DNA of 64,000 nucleotides from Acidobacteriota bacterium. GTDB taxonomy: Bacteria; Acidobacteriota; UBA890; WLXD01. Under the pieces are notes generated by a model, which saw only the letters and a list, made by a program, of their open reading frames with translations, searched no databases and was not told where the DNA came from. The translations under genes and the position numbers were made by a program. Positions 30,951 through 42,773 of this stretch are shown here, piece after piece (position 1 is the first letter of the stretch; each line of letters begins with the position of its first letter). The stretch lies in the NCBI GenBank assembly GCA_963666055.2, contig CAXWPH010000015.1, forward strand, positions 288,001 through 352,000. Direction: 5' to 3'.

Positions 30951-31235
30951 CTAGCTGACTAATGCGGGATGCCCCGAAGTCGGAGGGATGGTAGGCAGCG
31001 AGGGTAAGAGGACCAGGAGTCCCGGAGCCGTCTCATAGTGCAGGTCCGGCCAAGCCAGCTTGATCTTCTTCAACTCGCGCAGCACCTTTTCACGGAAGCT
31101 GCGGACAGTAAATTTATTGTTAGCCTTGGCGGGGTCCGCCCCGAACTGGCGGTACACCTACCGCCAAGTGATCCTCACCGGGCGCGTCAACGCGAAGGTG
31201 CGGTAGGTGAGCCAGAGGTAGAGATCGAGGCCCGG
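30951..31235 (-). pseudogene. C-terminal fragment of a plasmid RepA (RepA_C-like) replication protein
   Basis: LDLYLWLTYRTFAL..PVRITW.Q...QFGA...FR....RELKKIKLAWP; cut at the IS3 end at 31240. Confidence 0.7.
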
Positions 31236-31898
31236 TGCCTGTCAACGCGGATGAGACGGTGGGTTTCGTAAATTAGTGAGCATTCTCCATGGTGGCGGGT
31301 TTGTTGATCCAGGCCACGGTGGGCACCGGCGGTGGTTGAGGCACGCTGTTGACGAAGCGCTCGGGCCGCGCGCGGAAGGCCGCCAGAAGAACTTCGGCGC
31401 GCTTGTGCTGGACCGCCTGGGCGAGGCCGTGGTGCATGGTCGCTGGAGTCACCAGGCCGATGCCGGAGTGACGGTGGCAGTGGTTAAACCAATGGAAGAA
31501 GGCGCGGCAGAAGCTGCGAGCCTGCTGGATGGAGTCGAACCGCGCCGGGAACTCCGGCCGGTACTTGAGCGTCCTGAAGTGAGCCTCCGAGTACGGATTA
31601 TCCGATGACGTATACGGCCTTGAGTGCGTCTTGGTGACGCCCAGATCAGCGAGCAGGAAGGCAACGGGCTTGGACCTCATCGAGCTGCCGCGGTCAGCAT
31701 GCAGGGTGAGTTGGCCAGGCGTGATCCGCTGTTACTCGATGGCCTGGCCGATGAGCTGCTCGGCGAGAGGACCGCTCTCGCGGTGTTGCACGCTCCACCC
31801 GACTACGTAGCGGCTGAACACGTCCAGCACTACGTACAGGTACAAGTAGGTCCACTTGCTGGGCCCCAGCAGTTTCGAGATGTCCCAGCTCCACAACT

Positions 31899-32605
31899 GG
31901 TGATAATGCACTTGATGGAACAGACGGTAATGTTCCAGTGGACTCAAGCCGGGGACGCCAATAGCATGCGGGGATGCGAAGACTCGTTAAAGCGATTGCC
32001 ATCGCTGTCGCATGCCTGGGAGCGTCCCACCTGATGGAGCCTCTGTTCCCATTGGGCGACTGGAGATGGGCGCTAGTAATCGTCGCTTCGCTCTTAGTAA
32101 TAGCGTTCACCGAGCGCCATGCGATACGGGATCGATTTTCAAATAATCGACGCTTGCGAGATAGAACGAAGGACGCTGGTAAGATTACGGGATCCCGAAC
32201 AGTGAAGTTCAAGCTACACGAAGCTGCGTGTTTGCTAGTTGATGAAGAGCCGCAGTGGCCCCTTCCGAGTATGCGGTCTAGGGAAGAGTACGATGGTCTC
32301 ATTAAAGCCGTAGAATCCGACAATCTGATGTATCTGACGAATGATAATGAAGGAAACCAGAAGCCCATTAATGAATTGCACGATGACTCAGAAACCCGCC
32401 TCATACTGTTAGGTTTACTTATTCTTCAGTATGAAAAAGACGGTGAGGACTTCTTTCAGACGATAGAGGTTGATCGAAAATCGCTTCGTGAATATATACA
32501 GTCACAGTCAAGTACGATACCTGGGTTTTTAAACGAGGATCCCGATGATTCCTAGTGTGGCTTACCGGTCAGGCTCCCCTACGTTCCGTCAAGTACATAA
32601 TCACC
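31899..32605. mobile_element. Non-autonomous IS1595-type cassette carrying a passenger gene
   Basis: 22-bp IRs (19/22) GGTGATAATGCACTTGATGGAA/TTCCGTCAAGTACATAATCACC; 8-bp TSD CCACAACT at 31891-31898 and 32606-32613. Confidence 0.85.
31974..32555 (+). CDS. Low-GC hypothetical membrane-anchored protein (cassette passenger)
   Basis: 193 aa; two N-terminal hydrophobic segments; fills most of the cassette. Confidence 0.65.
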   Translation: MRRLVKAIAIAVACLGASHLMEPLFPLGDWRWALVIVASLLVIAFTERHAIRDRFSNNRRLRDRTKDAGKITGSRTVKFKLHEAACLLVDEEPQWPLPSMRSREEYDGLIKAVESDNLMYLTNDNEGNQKPINELHDDSETRLILLGLLILQYEKDGEDFFQTIEVDRKSLREYIQSQSSTIPGFLNEDPDDS

Positions 32606-34023
32606 CCACAACTCGTTGGGTTGTTCAGCCAGCAACTCGGGCTTGTAGTAAGGTGGATGAACGAGCTGGTTGCGTCGCTTCCGTCCCTCGCCCTCGGCGG
32701 CGAGGATTCTGTACATCGTGCGCTCCGAGGCCAGGTAGCGGCCCTCGTCCAACAGCGTCGCCCATACCTGGGCTGGCGCGCAGTCCTGGAACCGCTCGCT
32801 GTGCAGCTCGGCCAGCACCTGCTCGCGCTCCGTGTCCGAGAGTGCCCTGGCAGGCTTCGCTCCAGGACGGCTCACTGTTGTCACGGGTGGCCGACGTCGT
32901 CGATACATCGTTGCTGGCGACACTCCCAGAGACCGGCATGCTGGGCGCGTCCCGATGATGGGCGTGAGCTCCTGGACGGTCTGCTCGATCATTTCTTGGT
33001 ACTCCCGTTCGCGCCCCTGGGATCGAGCAGATCCCCCAGAAGCGCGGAGACGTTTCCCTGCACTTGGATCACCCGCCGTGCTTTCTCGAGTTCCGCCTCG
33101 GTGCGCTCGAGGCGGCCGCGCAGGTTGGCGATCTTCGCGTCTCGGGGATCCGTCGCCGGTCGACCTCGCTTCTTGGTGAGCGCCACCAGCGCCCCGGCGT
33201 CACGTTGCTTGCGCCACTCCGACAGATGCGACGAGTACAGCCCTTCGCGGCGCAACAGCGAGCCGACCTCGCCGGCCTTGGTGCATCGATCCGCTTCGCC
33301 CACAACGCGAAGCTTGTACTCGGCGCTGAACTTGCGCCGACGCGGGCGTTCCACCAGTTCCGGATCCGGTATCTTCGAGGCGCGATCGTTGGATCTGCGT
33401 CTCCGGTCGCCTACGCGTCCCTCCGCCGCAGATCCAACGACCTGCTTACCTGTTCCGTTATTCTCCAACTCCAACATCTGTGCCACTCCGAGCCGCCCCG
33501 TGGGTCAGTAATTATCCAACTCCCATCGTCTCACCCCACGTTGGCAGAGAGGGCCCGCGCGGCGTCGTCCGCACCGGACACCCCAGCGATGGCCCGATCT
33601 TCCGCAACGACCGCACGCAGCGTCTCCACGATCGCTCTGTATTGCGGCGCCTTGAACAGCCTGTCGAACTCATACCAGCGACTGGGCTGCCCTGCGGCGG
33701 CGGTCACGAGCAGCTCGACGTGACTTGATGTCCATTCGCGAAGAAGCACTCCTGACCCTCTCGCTCGTGGGCCTCCTTTACCTCGCCGCGAGCTACACCA
33801 CATTCTGACGAGCGTCGTCACGCCGGTGCTCGGTGATCTCGAGCGACACGATGCCCGCGCCAACGCCGAGCCCATGCCAGCAGGCGCTCGAGATCGAGTA
33901 CAACGAACCCAGCCTTGGTCGGTGAACAACCAAACCGGTACGGTGATCTGCGCGTTGCGATTTTGAGCGCCGTAACGCCCGTTGGTTCGCTCCAACGGGC
34001 GCGCGGAAAGGAGGGGGGACAGC

Positions 34024-36992
34024 ATGACGCTCCATGCTGCACGATTCGTGTTCCTGATCGCAGGGTTGATGCTACCGACCACCGCGTTGGCGCGGAGCCA
34101 GGCAACGACCGGCATCATCGAGGGCGTCGTCAGTGATCCTGACGGAAGTCCGATCCCGGGCGCGACGGTCACGGTCACGAACACCGATACCGGCTTCACG
34201 CGGACGGTGTTCAGCCAACGCAACGGTCGCTTCTACGCGCCGCTGCTGCCGCTCGGGCCGTACACGCTCACGGTCACCGTCGACGGCTTCGCGGAGTTCA
34301 ACCGTGAGGGGCTGCGGGTAACGGTAGGCCAGCGCGTCGACATCGAGTCTCACTCGAGCTGGCGTCGGTACAGGAGACTGTCACCGTCGTTGCCCAGACC
34401 CCGCTCATCGAGACCATGAGTTCGAACCGATCCATGACGGTCGATGAGCGCGCGATCGAGGGACTGCCGAACAACGGCCGCAACTTCCTCGATTTCACGC
34501 TACTGACGCCCGGCGTTGCGATCGCTCAGGGGCCGGACGGCGACGTCTTGACGATAAACGGCCAGAAAGGCATCCAAAACAACATCAGCGTCGACGGCAA
34601 CGACTTCAACAACCCGTTCTTCGGCGAGCAGCGCGGAGGTCAGCGCCCGCCCTTCACGTTCAACCTCGACGCTGTCCAGGAAGTCGTGGTCGTCGCCAAC
34701 GGCGCCAACGCCGAGTTCGGGCGCTCCTCGGGCGGCTTCGTGCAGGTCGTCACCAAGTCGGGCACCAACCGCCTGCAGGGCTCGGCCCACGTCTTCTTCA
34801 CCGACGACGCGCTCACCGCCGCCGCCAAGCTGCCCGACGGTAGCAACGAGCCGGACTTCTCCGGCGACCGAGCCCAGGTAGGTTTCACCCTCGGTGGCCC
34901 GATCGAGCGCAACGAGTCGTTCTGGTTCATCGCCGGCGACTTCCAGGCCGCCAACACGACCAAACAAACGGAACCGGGCCGTATCGAGCAGCGTGTGGTC
35001 GACTTCCTCGCCAGCATCGGAATGCCCAATGAGAACGGGTCGATCGAGCGTACGGACGACGCCCGCGCGCTGCTCGGCAAGGTCGATTTCGCCGTCGACG
35101 ACCGGCACCAGGCCACGGTGCGGTACAACCACACGTGGTCGGAGCAAAAGAACGGCACCTTCGACGTCAACTCGTGGGGCGTAAGCGCCAACGCCATCGA
35201 GCGCGACTTCTCGAACGCCGCCAGCTTCCAGCTCAACAGCGCCTGGGACCGGATCTACAACGAGTTCCGCTTCCAGTGGGCGCGCGAGGACCGGCCGCGT
35301 ACGTACGAGGGGCCGACCAACCCGGCAACCGGACGGCCCTTCCCCGATACGGCCTTCGACTTCGCCAACCAATATCGCTTCGGGTTGCCCTTCTTCATCC
35401 CGGTCGAGTACCACGACACCCGCTGGCAGTTCACCGACAACGTCTCCATCGTCACGGGCGATCACTCGATCAAGGCGGGCGCCGAGTTCAACCGCACCAA
35501 CGCGAATCAGACGTTCATCGGCTTCGCCAACGGGCGCGTGATCTACAACTCCACCGACGGCTTCATCAACCATGCCAGCAACCCGAACTACGTCGAGTGC
35601 TCCGACGGCACGAGCAACACGACGGGCTCGTGTCCGGGCGGTGCCATCGTCGGTCCCGTGCTGCTGTACCTGCAGCAGGCCGGCGTCGGCGGGCTCTCGG
35701 TCGAGGAGGCGGGGACCCAGGACATCACGCAGAAAGAGCTGGCGGTCTTCGTGCAGGACTCCTGGCAGGTGTCGCCACGCGTCTTGCTCGATGTCGGACT
35801 TCGTTGGGAGGCACAGATCCAGCCGCCGCTGATCACGCCGATCCTTGAGCTGTTCTACTTCCCGTTCATCGGCCAGACGCGCGAGGGACAGGAGTTTCCC
35901 GCCGACGGCACCATGCCGTCGGACTGGACGATGTTCCAGCCCCGCTTCGGCCTCGCCTACGACATGACGGGTGACGGTCGCCGACTGCTGCGGCTGTCGG
36001 CCGGTGTGTTTAACGCCCGTATCCCGGGGCTGAACCTCGCCTCGTCCCGTTCGACCGACGGCAGCCGCGGGCAAACGCTGTTTCGCAACAGCGCCCTCAC
36101 CGACATCCTCGGACCGGTGCCGGCTTACGGCGAGCTGCTGGAGCCGCCCGACGGCGTGCCCTTCTTCCCGGGCGTGTTCGTGTTCGACAAGGACTTCCAG
36201 AACCTCGACACGTACTCCGCATCGGCAACGTTCGAGCAGGTGCTCGGCCGCGACTACGTGGTCGAGTTGACGGGTGCCTACGCCAAGACGACGCACATCA
36301 CGCGCTTTACCGACCAGAACGATCCGTTGCTGGGCTCGGTATGGTCTACGGGTCTCGAGCCCGACTCCATCAACGGCATCGGCACGCTGACGACCGTCGA
36401 GTCGACGGCGAAATCCGAGTACTTCGGCCTCACGTTTGCCGCGCGTAAGCGCTATTCTGATCGTTGGGGCTTCCAGCTCAACTACACGCTCGGCTTCGAC
36501 AAGTCCGACGACGACAACGAGCGCGACCCGTTTACGTTCCGCTACGCCAAGATCACCGATCTCGATGCCGAGTGGAGCTGGTCCGATCGCGACCAGCGGC
36601 ACCGCGCCAACTTCTACGTGGTGACTCTGCTGCCCGGCGACGTCAACTTCAACTCGCGGTTCTCGTACCGCTCGGCCACACCGGTATCGCTAACGGAGAC
36701 CGGCGAGATCGCGGCGACGCCGTCGGCACGGATCAACGCCGACGGCAGCGTCACGCAGCGCAACATGGGGCGCAAGGACAACAAGTTCCTGTCGTTGGAC
36801 GTCCGCGTCTCCAAGTTCTTCACCTTCGGCAGCAACCGGGTAGAGGTGATCTTCGAGGCGTTCAACGTGCTCAACAACGACAACTTCATCGCGCCGCAGA
36901 CCACCAACTTGGTCTTCAACTTCGACGGCACGATCCGCAGCGGCGCCGGTAACTCGAGGGTGGCACAGCTCGGTCTGAAGTACGTCTTCTAG
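34024..36992 (+). pseudogene. TonB-dependent receptor (Oar-like, CarboxypepD_reg N-domain), frameshift near 34350
   Basis: Signal peptide; G.I.G.V.DP.G..IPGATV; LP.NGRNFLDF; AEFGRSSGG...VTKSGTN; FQPRFGLAYD; C-terminal F. Confidence 0.85.
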
Positions 36993-37019
36993 CGGCACTC
37001 GAGGGCGCGGGACGTCGAG

Positions 37020-37160
37020 GCTCAGCCGGGTGTGCCGGCTCGATGTAGTCGATGCGCATCCGCACCGACCGTGAAGCCAGCCTCGGCGCAGGACGGCACA
37101 ACGGCTCGTCTCGGAGGATCGCGGCGCGCCACCGCTGATACCGGGCACTCGATCGCATCC
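37020..37160 (-). pseudogene. Degenerate phage HNH endonuclease remnant
   Basis: ARYQRWRAAILRDEPLCR...IDYIEP resembles a phage HNH N-terminus. Confidence 0.35.
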
Positions 37161-37330
37161 GGCGTTAGATCTCGGGGTCGATCGGCGGTTTTCGGTGAGT
37201 GTTCATTTCGAGGGCAATTTATGCCCCCGAAGAATTTTTCTTACAAACGGAAAGGCTGTGCGCGGTCTGGAAGAAACGGCGACTTCCCTCTCTCATGGAT
37301 TGTGGCTATGGCCGTAAGGCCATAGCACGA

Positions 37331-38161
37331 CTACTGCGACAGAGCCCAGATGGTCGGCCGGTAGGCCATAGCCGAGTAGAGCATGGCGAGCTGCTGGTCG
37401 TCGGTGAAATGGTCCACACACCGGTAGCCGGCGTACCCCATGAAATTCCGCACCGGATCCAGCCCTGGCGTCCTCTTGCTCTTGCAGCTATCCCGCCTTT
37501 CCGGGCACGTATTCAAAAACGGCTTGCGCTGCGCTGGCGTGTCGACGATCCAGTCGTTCGGATCCGTGCAGCCGCCTAGGAACGTGTGGAGTAGACCGAG
37601 ATAGTGGCCGAGCTCGTGCTCGAGGTACGGCCAGCCCTGCTCGTCTGCCAGCGTGATCCCGTGCCAGAAGGACCCCTCGGGATAATCCCACGGCAAGTAG
37701 GCCATGGCGACGGAGTTTTCCCGAGGCACCGGGTCGCAGGTGTAGATATTGAGCGTCGTGCGCGGATCCTCGCTGGCCATGCGCTGGAAGTCTCTGCGAA
37801 CCCGCCAGTGGGAAAAGCACTTGCGCATGTACTCCTGCACGAGCGGATCGGACGTGTCGTACCGCCGGATCCCCTTCAACTCCAACTGGAAGCCGAGCGG
37901 CTTGAATACCTTGTTGACGCGCTCGATCTCTCGGGTCACCTTGCTGTCGGGCACACTGGGGTTCGGGACGTGAACCACGGTCGGAAAGGTGATCTTGTTC
38001 GGCCAGGGTATGCGCAGTTCCTGGTGCATCTGTACGGCCGCTTCGATCTCTCGCACTGCTCGCCGCATTTGAGCGTTGGTGGGATCGAGGGTCCCACAGA
38101 GCTGGTCGGCCGGCACGCCGAGCGCCGTGACCATGAGGAAAGCAATGAAGTGGTTACCCAT
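37331..38161 (-). CDS. Secreted M43 (pappalysin/ulilysin-like) zinc metalloprotease
   Basis: HELGHYLGLLH, DTP, NFMGY Met-turn, FT..Q. Confidence 0.85.
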   Translation of the reverse strand: MGNHFIAFLMVTALGVPADQLCGTLDPTNAQMRRAVREIEAAVQMHQELRIPWPNKITFPTVVHVPNPSVPDSKVTREIERVNKVFKPLGFQLELKGIRRYDTSDPLVQEYMRKCFSHWRVRRDFQRMASEDPRTTLNIYTCDPVPRENSVAMAYLPWDYPEGSFWHGITLADEQGWPYLEHELGHYLGLLHTFLGGCTDPNDWIVDTPAQRKPFLNTCPERRDSCKSKRTPGLDPVRNFMGYAGYRCVDHFTDDQQLAMLYSAMAYRPTIWALSQ

Positions 38162-38516
38162 GCGGGCCCCCTCTCTGGTTGTGGGTGCAATTTCCGTCGT
38201 TGGTGAGACCTTTCATCAACACAGCGGTGTGAGCATTCATCATCGTGCGTCAGCCTCCGGTCACAATACGCCATCGGCTGCGATGACAAGGGAGATTCGG
38301 CGTCCCATCAGGGTGCCTCCTGGTGGATGCGTCCGGCGAACAGGCGCCGGGCCCTGCACACCACCAGAAAGGAGTAGGCGGTACCCGCGTATTCCCGCAC
38401 AAGTGCGCGGTCTTGTATTCAGCGGGAAGCCCGGCTCCAAGACGGGAGCCGTTCCTTTCTGGTGTTGTGCGGCGCCGAGACTAAGAAACGCCTCGGAGGG
38501 CGTCAACCCGAGCCAT

Positions 38517-39381
38517 CTAGGCAACCAGATCCTTGTACTCAAGCGGCTCGGTGTTCACGATGCGGGCCAGGGTGTCGCGGAAGATGTACGGGTTGTCGCG
38601 GTTGTTGAACCGCCACTCCAGCTGTTCGAGGTAGCGGTCCATGTGCTTGACCCTCATCTTGTGGAAGGTGCCCACGATGGAGCGCTTGAACAGCGACCAC
38701 ACACCCTCGATGTTGTTGGTGTGCACGTCTCCGACGACCCACTCCTCGGCCGAGTGGTTTACCGTCTCGTGGCGCGTGTCGTCGTCTCCGACGCCGATGT
38801 AGGAGGCGAGGTCGTCGGTGTAGATGGCCTCGGCCTTGTCGGCCACGGACCGATCGATGAAGTCGTGCAGCGTATGCTTGCGAACGTCGGGGATGCGCTC
38901 GATGGTGCCGGCGATCCAGTGCTTGTTGTCGCGCCAGTTGGGGCCACGTCGCTTGCCGCCGACCATCGTCTCGTCAACCTCGACGACGCTGACGAGAGTC
39001 GGGCCTGTGAGCGGGTCGTTGCCCATAGCCTCGCGGATGCGGTGGCACAGGTGCCAGGCGGTCTGGTAGGCGACGCCGAGGGAGCGCTTGAGCTGGTGGG
39101 CGCTCATGCCCTTCTTGGACTCGCACATCAGGTAGATGGCGAGGAACCATTTGCGCAGCGGAAGGTGGGAGCGGTGCATGATGGTTCCGGCCGTCACGGA
39201 AAACTGGTAGTCGCAGGACCTGCACATCCACTGTCCTCGTCCTCGGACTGGGTCGACGGAGGTGTCGCCGCATCGAATGCAGCAAACGCCGTCGGGCCAG
39301 CGAAGATCTTCCAGGGCCTCGCGGCATGATTCGTCGTCGTTGTAACTGTCCATCAGCGAAACAAAGGTTGATCTTTGTCAT
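38517..39381 (-). mobile_element. IS1595 family transposase (frameshift near start, probable short internal deletion)
   Basis: Zn ribbon RWPDG..C..C...C..C; EVDET, YTD, VNHS, HTNNIEG.WS.FKR, RFNNR; no IRs found. Confidence 0.85.
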
Positions 39382-39464
39382 AGATAGTTCTCGTGGGAGA
39401 CAGGGTAGTGGTTAAAGAATGCTCTCGGACACACCTAGTGACTGCTGTGCCTTCTGCACCGCCC

Positions 39465-39680
39465 GACGTCGACGAGCCGGGCTCAGAAGCTTCCCGACGA
39501 CACCTCTTTGAGGATGGCGTTGTCGAGCATCGTTTCCGCCAGCAACTTCTTGAGCCGGCCGTTGTCCCTCTCCAGCTTCTTGAGCCGCCGCGCCTGATCC
39601 ACCCTCAGGCCGCCCTACTCCTTACGCCACCGGTACTATGTGTTCTCGCTGATGCCCTGCTTCCGGCACACAGGCGCTGG
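39465..39680 (-). pseudogene. Degenerate IS3 (IS407-group) orfA remnant
   Basis: T*YRWRKE*GGLRVDQARRLKKLERDNGRLKKLLAE...GSF*, similar to the orfA at 45411-45689. Confidence 0.7.
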
Positions 39681-39855
39681 AGCAGCTGTCACTTGCCCTC
39701 CGGAAACTGGTCCAGCGTGAGTGTGAGTTCTCTGGGCTAGATTAGATTCCGCGAGCGCGGCGAGCGCCGCCCCTAACTCCGCCCCGAGTTGCGGGTAGTT
39801 TCACGCCCGCTTCCACCTTACCAAAGGGCGGCCCCTGTACCTGAGTGACACTGCG

Positions 39856-40797
39856 ATGAGAAAGAGTTGCTTAGTTGCCGCAGGCGTAGTGTTAGCGCTA
39901 CTCGTAACAACAGGCGCGCCTGTGGCGCAGAAGCCGGAGAGTCCACTTCCGCGCTCATCCATCCAAGCGTGGAATCGGAACCAACTCCCACCGGACATTG
40001 TGTTTGCCGATGGCAGCCGTGGTGTTCGCTGTGGCACGCAGCCCGTTGATGAGGAGGAAGCGGCGCTAGTGGACCAGCTTGTCGAGGCGAACCGAAGGCT
40101 TCGCGGTGACTTTCAGCCCCGGGGCAAGATCAACATCCCGATTGTTTTCCATATCGTCCGCGCCAGAAAGGGCAAGCAGTTCAATGTCACCGATCAGCAG
40201 GTGCGACAGCAGCTCGACGTGCTCAACGACGCGTTCAAGAGCAAAGGATTCAAGTTCTCGCTGCGGCAGCTGATTCGCTACAACGACAACAAGTTCGCCC
40301 GCAAGTGCGGAAACTACCCCGCCGAAAGACGCTTCAAGCGGAAGCACGCCATCGACCCGGCAACGACGCTCAACGTGTACAGCTGCAGAGCAAGGCAGGG
40401 GGGCTATGCACGGTTGCCGCAGAGCAGGCCGGAGGATCATTACCTGCACGGCGCGGTGGTTCATTACGCATTTTTTCTGGGCGGCGGTGCAAGTCCCTAC
40501 GACGAGGGCGATCTACTCGTGCACGAGGTGGGGCACTATCTGGGACTTTCCCACACGTTCCGAGATGGCTGCACCGGCAGGGGCGATCGGGTTGCGGACA
40601 CGCCACGGGAGGCCAGGCCGTCATTCCGTTGCGTAATCGGCCGCGACACCTGCCCAGACGATCCCGGAGTGGACCCCATCACCAACTTCATGGACTACTC
40701 ACCAGACGCCTGTACGGAGCGCTTCACGCCCGGCCAGAAGGAGCGGATGCTCGATCAGGTGGCTACCTTCAAGCCAACCCTGTGGGCGCAATCGTAG
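39856..40797 (+). CDS. Secreted M43 zinc metalloprotease
   Basis: Signal peptide; RCGT propeptide Cys; HEVGHYLGLSH; NFMDYS; FTPGQ. Confidence 0.88.
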   Translation: MRKSCLVAAGVVLALLVTTGAPVAQKPESPLPRSSIQAWNRNQLPPDIVFADGSRGVRCGTQPVDEEEAALVDQLVEANRRLRGDFQPRGKINIPIVFHIVRARKGKQFNVTDQQVRQQLDVLNDAFKSKGFKFSLRQLIRYNDNKFARKCGNYPAERRFKRKHAIDPATTLNVYSCRARQGGYARLPQSRPEDHYLHGAVVHYAFFLGGGASPYDEGDLLVHEVGHYLGLSHTFRDGCTGRGDRVADTPREARPSFRCVIGRDTCPDDPGVDPITNFMDYSPDACTERFTPGQKERMLDQVATFKPTLWAQS

Positions 40798-40867
40798 TGA
40801 CTGGAGTCAGAAGCGGCCCCGGGCAAGTAGGTCGAGGTGACCAGCTCCGGCCGTGCACACGAGAAAA

Positions 40868-41302
40868 CTAGCGGGGGACTTGTGCTCGCCATTCGCTGCG
40901 CGCCGGTTCGACCTCGTGAAGCAGGGGTGCGAACTTGATGGCAATTGTCTTGGCCGCATCGCCCTGCCGTGCCTGCGCAATGATCACCTGGTCATTCAGG
41001 ATGCGATCCAGCAAGTGCTCCAAGTCCCGCAACACTCCGCCCTCGTTCTGGATGGGAAGACTGCGACCCCGGAACTCGACGAGTGGGAACATCCGCGCCA
41101 GGCATTCGGTAAAGCTGCGTGCGGCGCGATGCCTGACGTAACGAGCGCTATCGGCACTGATCCCGACCTGCGGCTCGTAATAGTCGTCCCAACTTCGCTG
41201 GAGCGTTCCGATTCTGCTTCGTGGGCTTCGAGGCATTGTATTTAACAAGCGGACATTGTGTGGTATATCGCTGTGATTACTTTCCTTGAGATCAATGACC
41301 AC
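40868..41302 (-). CDS. Hypothetical protein or fragment
   Basis: Open frame of 144 aa leading out of an AT-rich patch; no recognisable motif. Confidence 0.3.
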   Translation of the reverse strand: MVIDLKESNHSDIPHNVRLLNTMPRSPRSRIGTLQRSWDDYYEPQVGISADSARYVRHRAARSFTECLARMFPLVEFRGRSLPIQNEGGVLRDLEHLLDRILNDQVIIAQARQGDAAKTIAIKFAPLLHEVEPARSEWRAQVPR

Positions 41303-41566
41303 GTATATACAACTCGGGGGTCACAAATGAAGCCTTCAAAGCGTTACACAACGCTATGAAAGTTAACGTAAGGCTTTTGTAATCTTTTTAACACGCGGTT
41401 TAGCGAAGAAAACCCCTTAGAGTGGTCCTCGGATCGGAACCGAATTCCTTGCGGATACCCCTACCCCCTGCACCTGTTGTTAGGTGCACCTGACCTGCCT
41501 CCTGGACCGGGGACGACCTCCGCAGCCCCGATGTCGTGGGTATGCATCACTGCACCCTCTTCGGGG

Positions 41567-42200
41567 CTAGGTACTCCGCGTTCCATCGGCATGTCCTGTA
41601 CAAGGCGAGATCCTTGTCATCGGGCTGCCACCGTGGCAGCCGGGACACGTCCGCATCGGCTCCGGTGGCTTCAGGCAGCCGATCGATAGGCTCCGGCGGT
41701 CATTCTGGAGTGCTTCGAGAATCTCGTCCTTGTGAACGCGGATGGCCTCGAGCAGCTCCGGGATCGGAGGGGAAGCAGCCCGAAGATGCAGCCTTCGCCC
41801 GCACACGTGCATGCTGACGCTTTCCGCATGGGCTCGTCGGATCAATCGCTCCGCGACACTCAAAGCAAAACACTTCACTCGGCGTCTGCCTGAACCGGTT
41901 CCGTGTTCGGGCCCGTTTTCTCGGCACTGTTCGCGGAAGGCATCCTTTCAACCGGTACATCCGGTACAAGCCCTGTCGGCCGGGCATGGTCTGTACCGGC
42001 TGTACCGCTTATACCGGATGAGTCAGCGCCGCTGGTATGGGTGCAACGGCTCTCCTTCAGGGACTCACCGAGATATCGGGCGTGACCGGGAGCCCGGCCT
42101 TGTAGAGATCGAACAGCCAAGGATCTCCGGTACCGTGCACGTAGTTCAGGATCGGAGACCAAGTCGTGCCCGCCGGCACCAGGTAGCCATCGTCCTATAG
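41567..42200 (-). pseudogene. Phage/satellite replication-region remnants
   Basis: SGISGTAGT...VPDVP tail followed by coupled ORF with GRRLHLRA...PELLEAIRVHKDEILEAL, patterns typical of primase-adjacent genes. Confidence 0.4.
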
Positions 42201-42560
42201 ATCGGCGCGGACCAACGATGAGATCCGTTGGAGCCCGATTCTCGCTAGCGCCTTCGTTAGCAGGTTCGGCCTCGCCCGTCAGATGTAGAGCTCGGTGAGC
42301 ACGTAGTCATGTGGGCTACGAACAATGATCGTTGCCTCCAGCGCTTCGATCTTCCTCCTTAAGCATCACGTCTGATATCTCTCTCTGCTAGCAGGGTGAT
42401 CCGAGTAGATAGCCACGGAGTGGCGCAGCGTGATCGTACGCTCGTCGTCGGCCTCGACGCCGCGCCAGCGCAGCGCGGACAGCACTGAGAACCGGTTCTG
42501 CTGCCTGGAACGGAAAAGCGGGAAACGGGTCGGGGTTTGGGGGAGCCTAGGCGGCCCGTT

Positions 42561-42773
42561 CTACGACCGGACCCGAATCACGACGCGGCGGTTCTGCGCC
42601 CGACCCTCCGGCGTGTCGTTCTGCGCCATCGGGCGATCCTCCCCGAAGCTCAGTACGTTCATCTTGTGCAGCGGCACGTTGTGCTGGTCGTACAAGTACA
42701 GCTTGACGCTCTCGGCGCGCTCCATGCCGAGCTGCATGTTTCTGTGCTTCGAGCCGGTCGAGTCCGCGTGCCC
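42561..42773 (-). pseudogene. OmpA-like peptidoglycan-binding C-terminal fragment
   Basis: GHADSTG...N..LG..RA..V..YL...SFGEDRP.A.NDT.EGRAQNRRV. Confidence 0.75.

Larger units (their letters stand above)
31240..33546 (-). mobile_element. IS3 family element (orfA 32989-33486; orfB 31273-32992) interrupted by a 707-bp cassette
   Basis: Terminal IRs TGTCAACGCGGATGAGACG and TGCCAACGTGGGGTGAGACG; RRKFSAEYK; WSWDI, LDVFSRYVVGW, DNPYSEAHF. Confidence 0.88.

Noticed and set aside
33547-33960. Short coding-like fragments between the IS3 and the TonB receptor
   Set aside because: No recognisable family or credible start.
34500-36602. 700-aa antisense ORF, and similar shadows such as 5243-6400 and 16643-17749
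   Set aside because: Opposite-strand mirrors of real genes in high-GC DNA; no motifs.
41240-41410. AT-rich stretch with TTTAAC...GTTAC as a possible integron attC
   Set aside because: No convincing long palindrome, no second site and no integrase.
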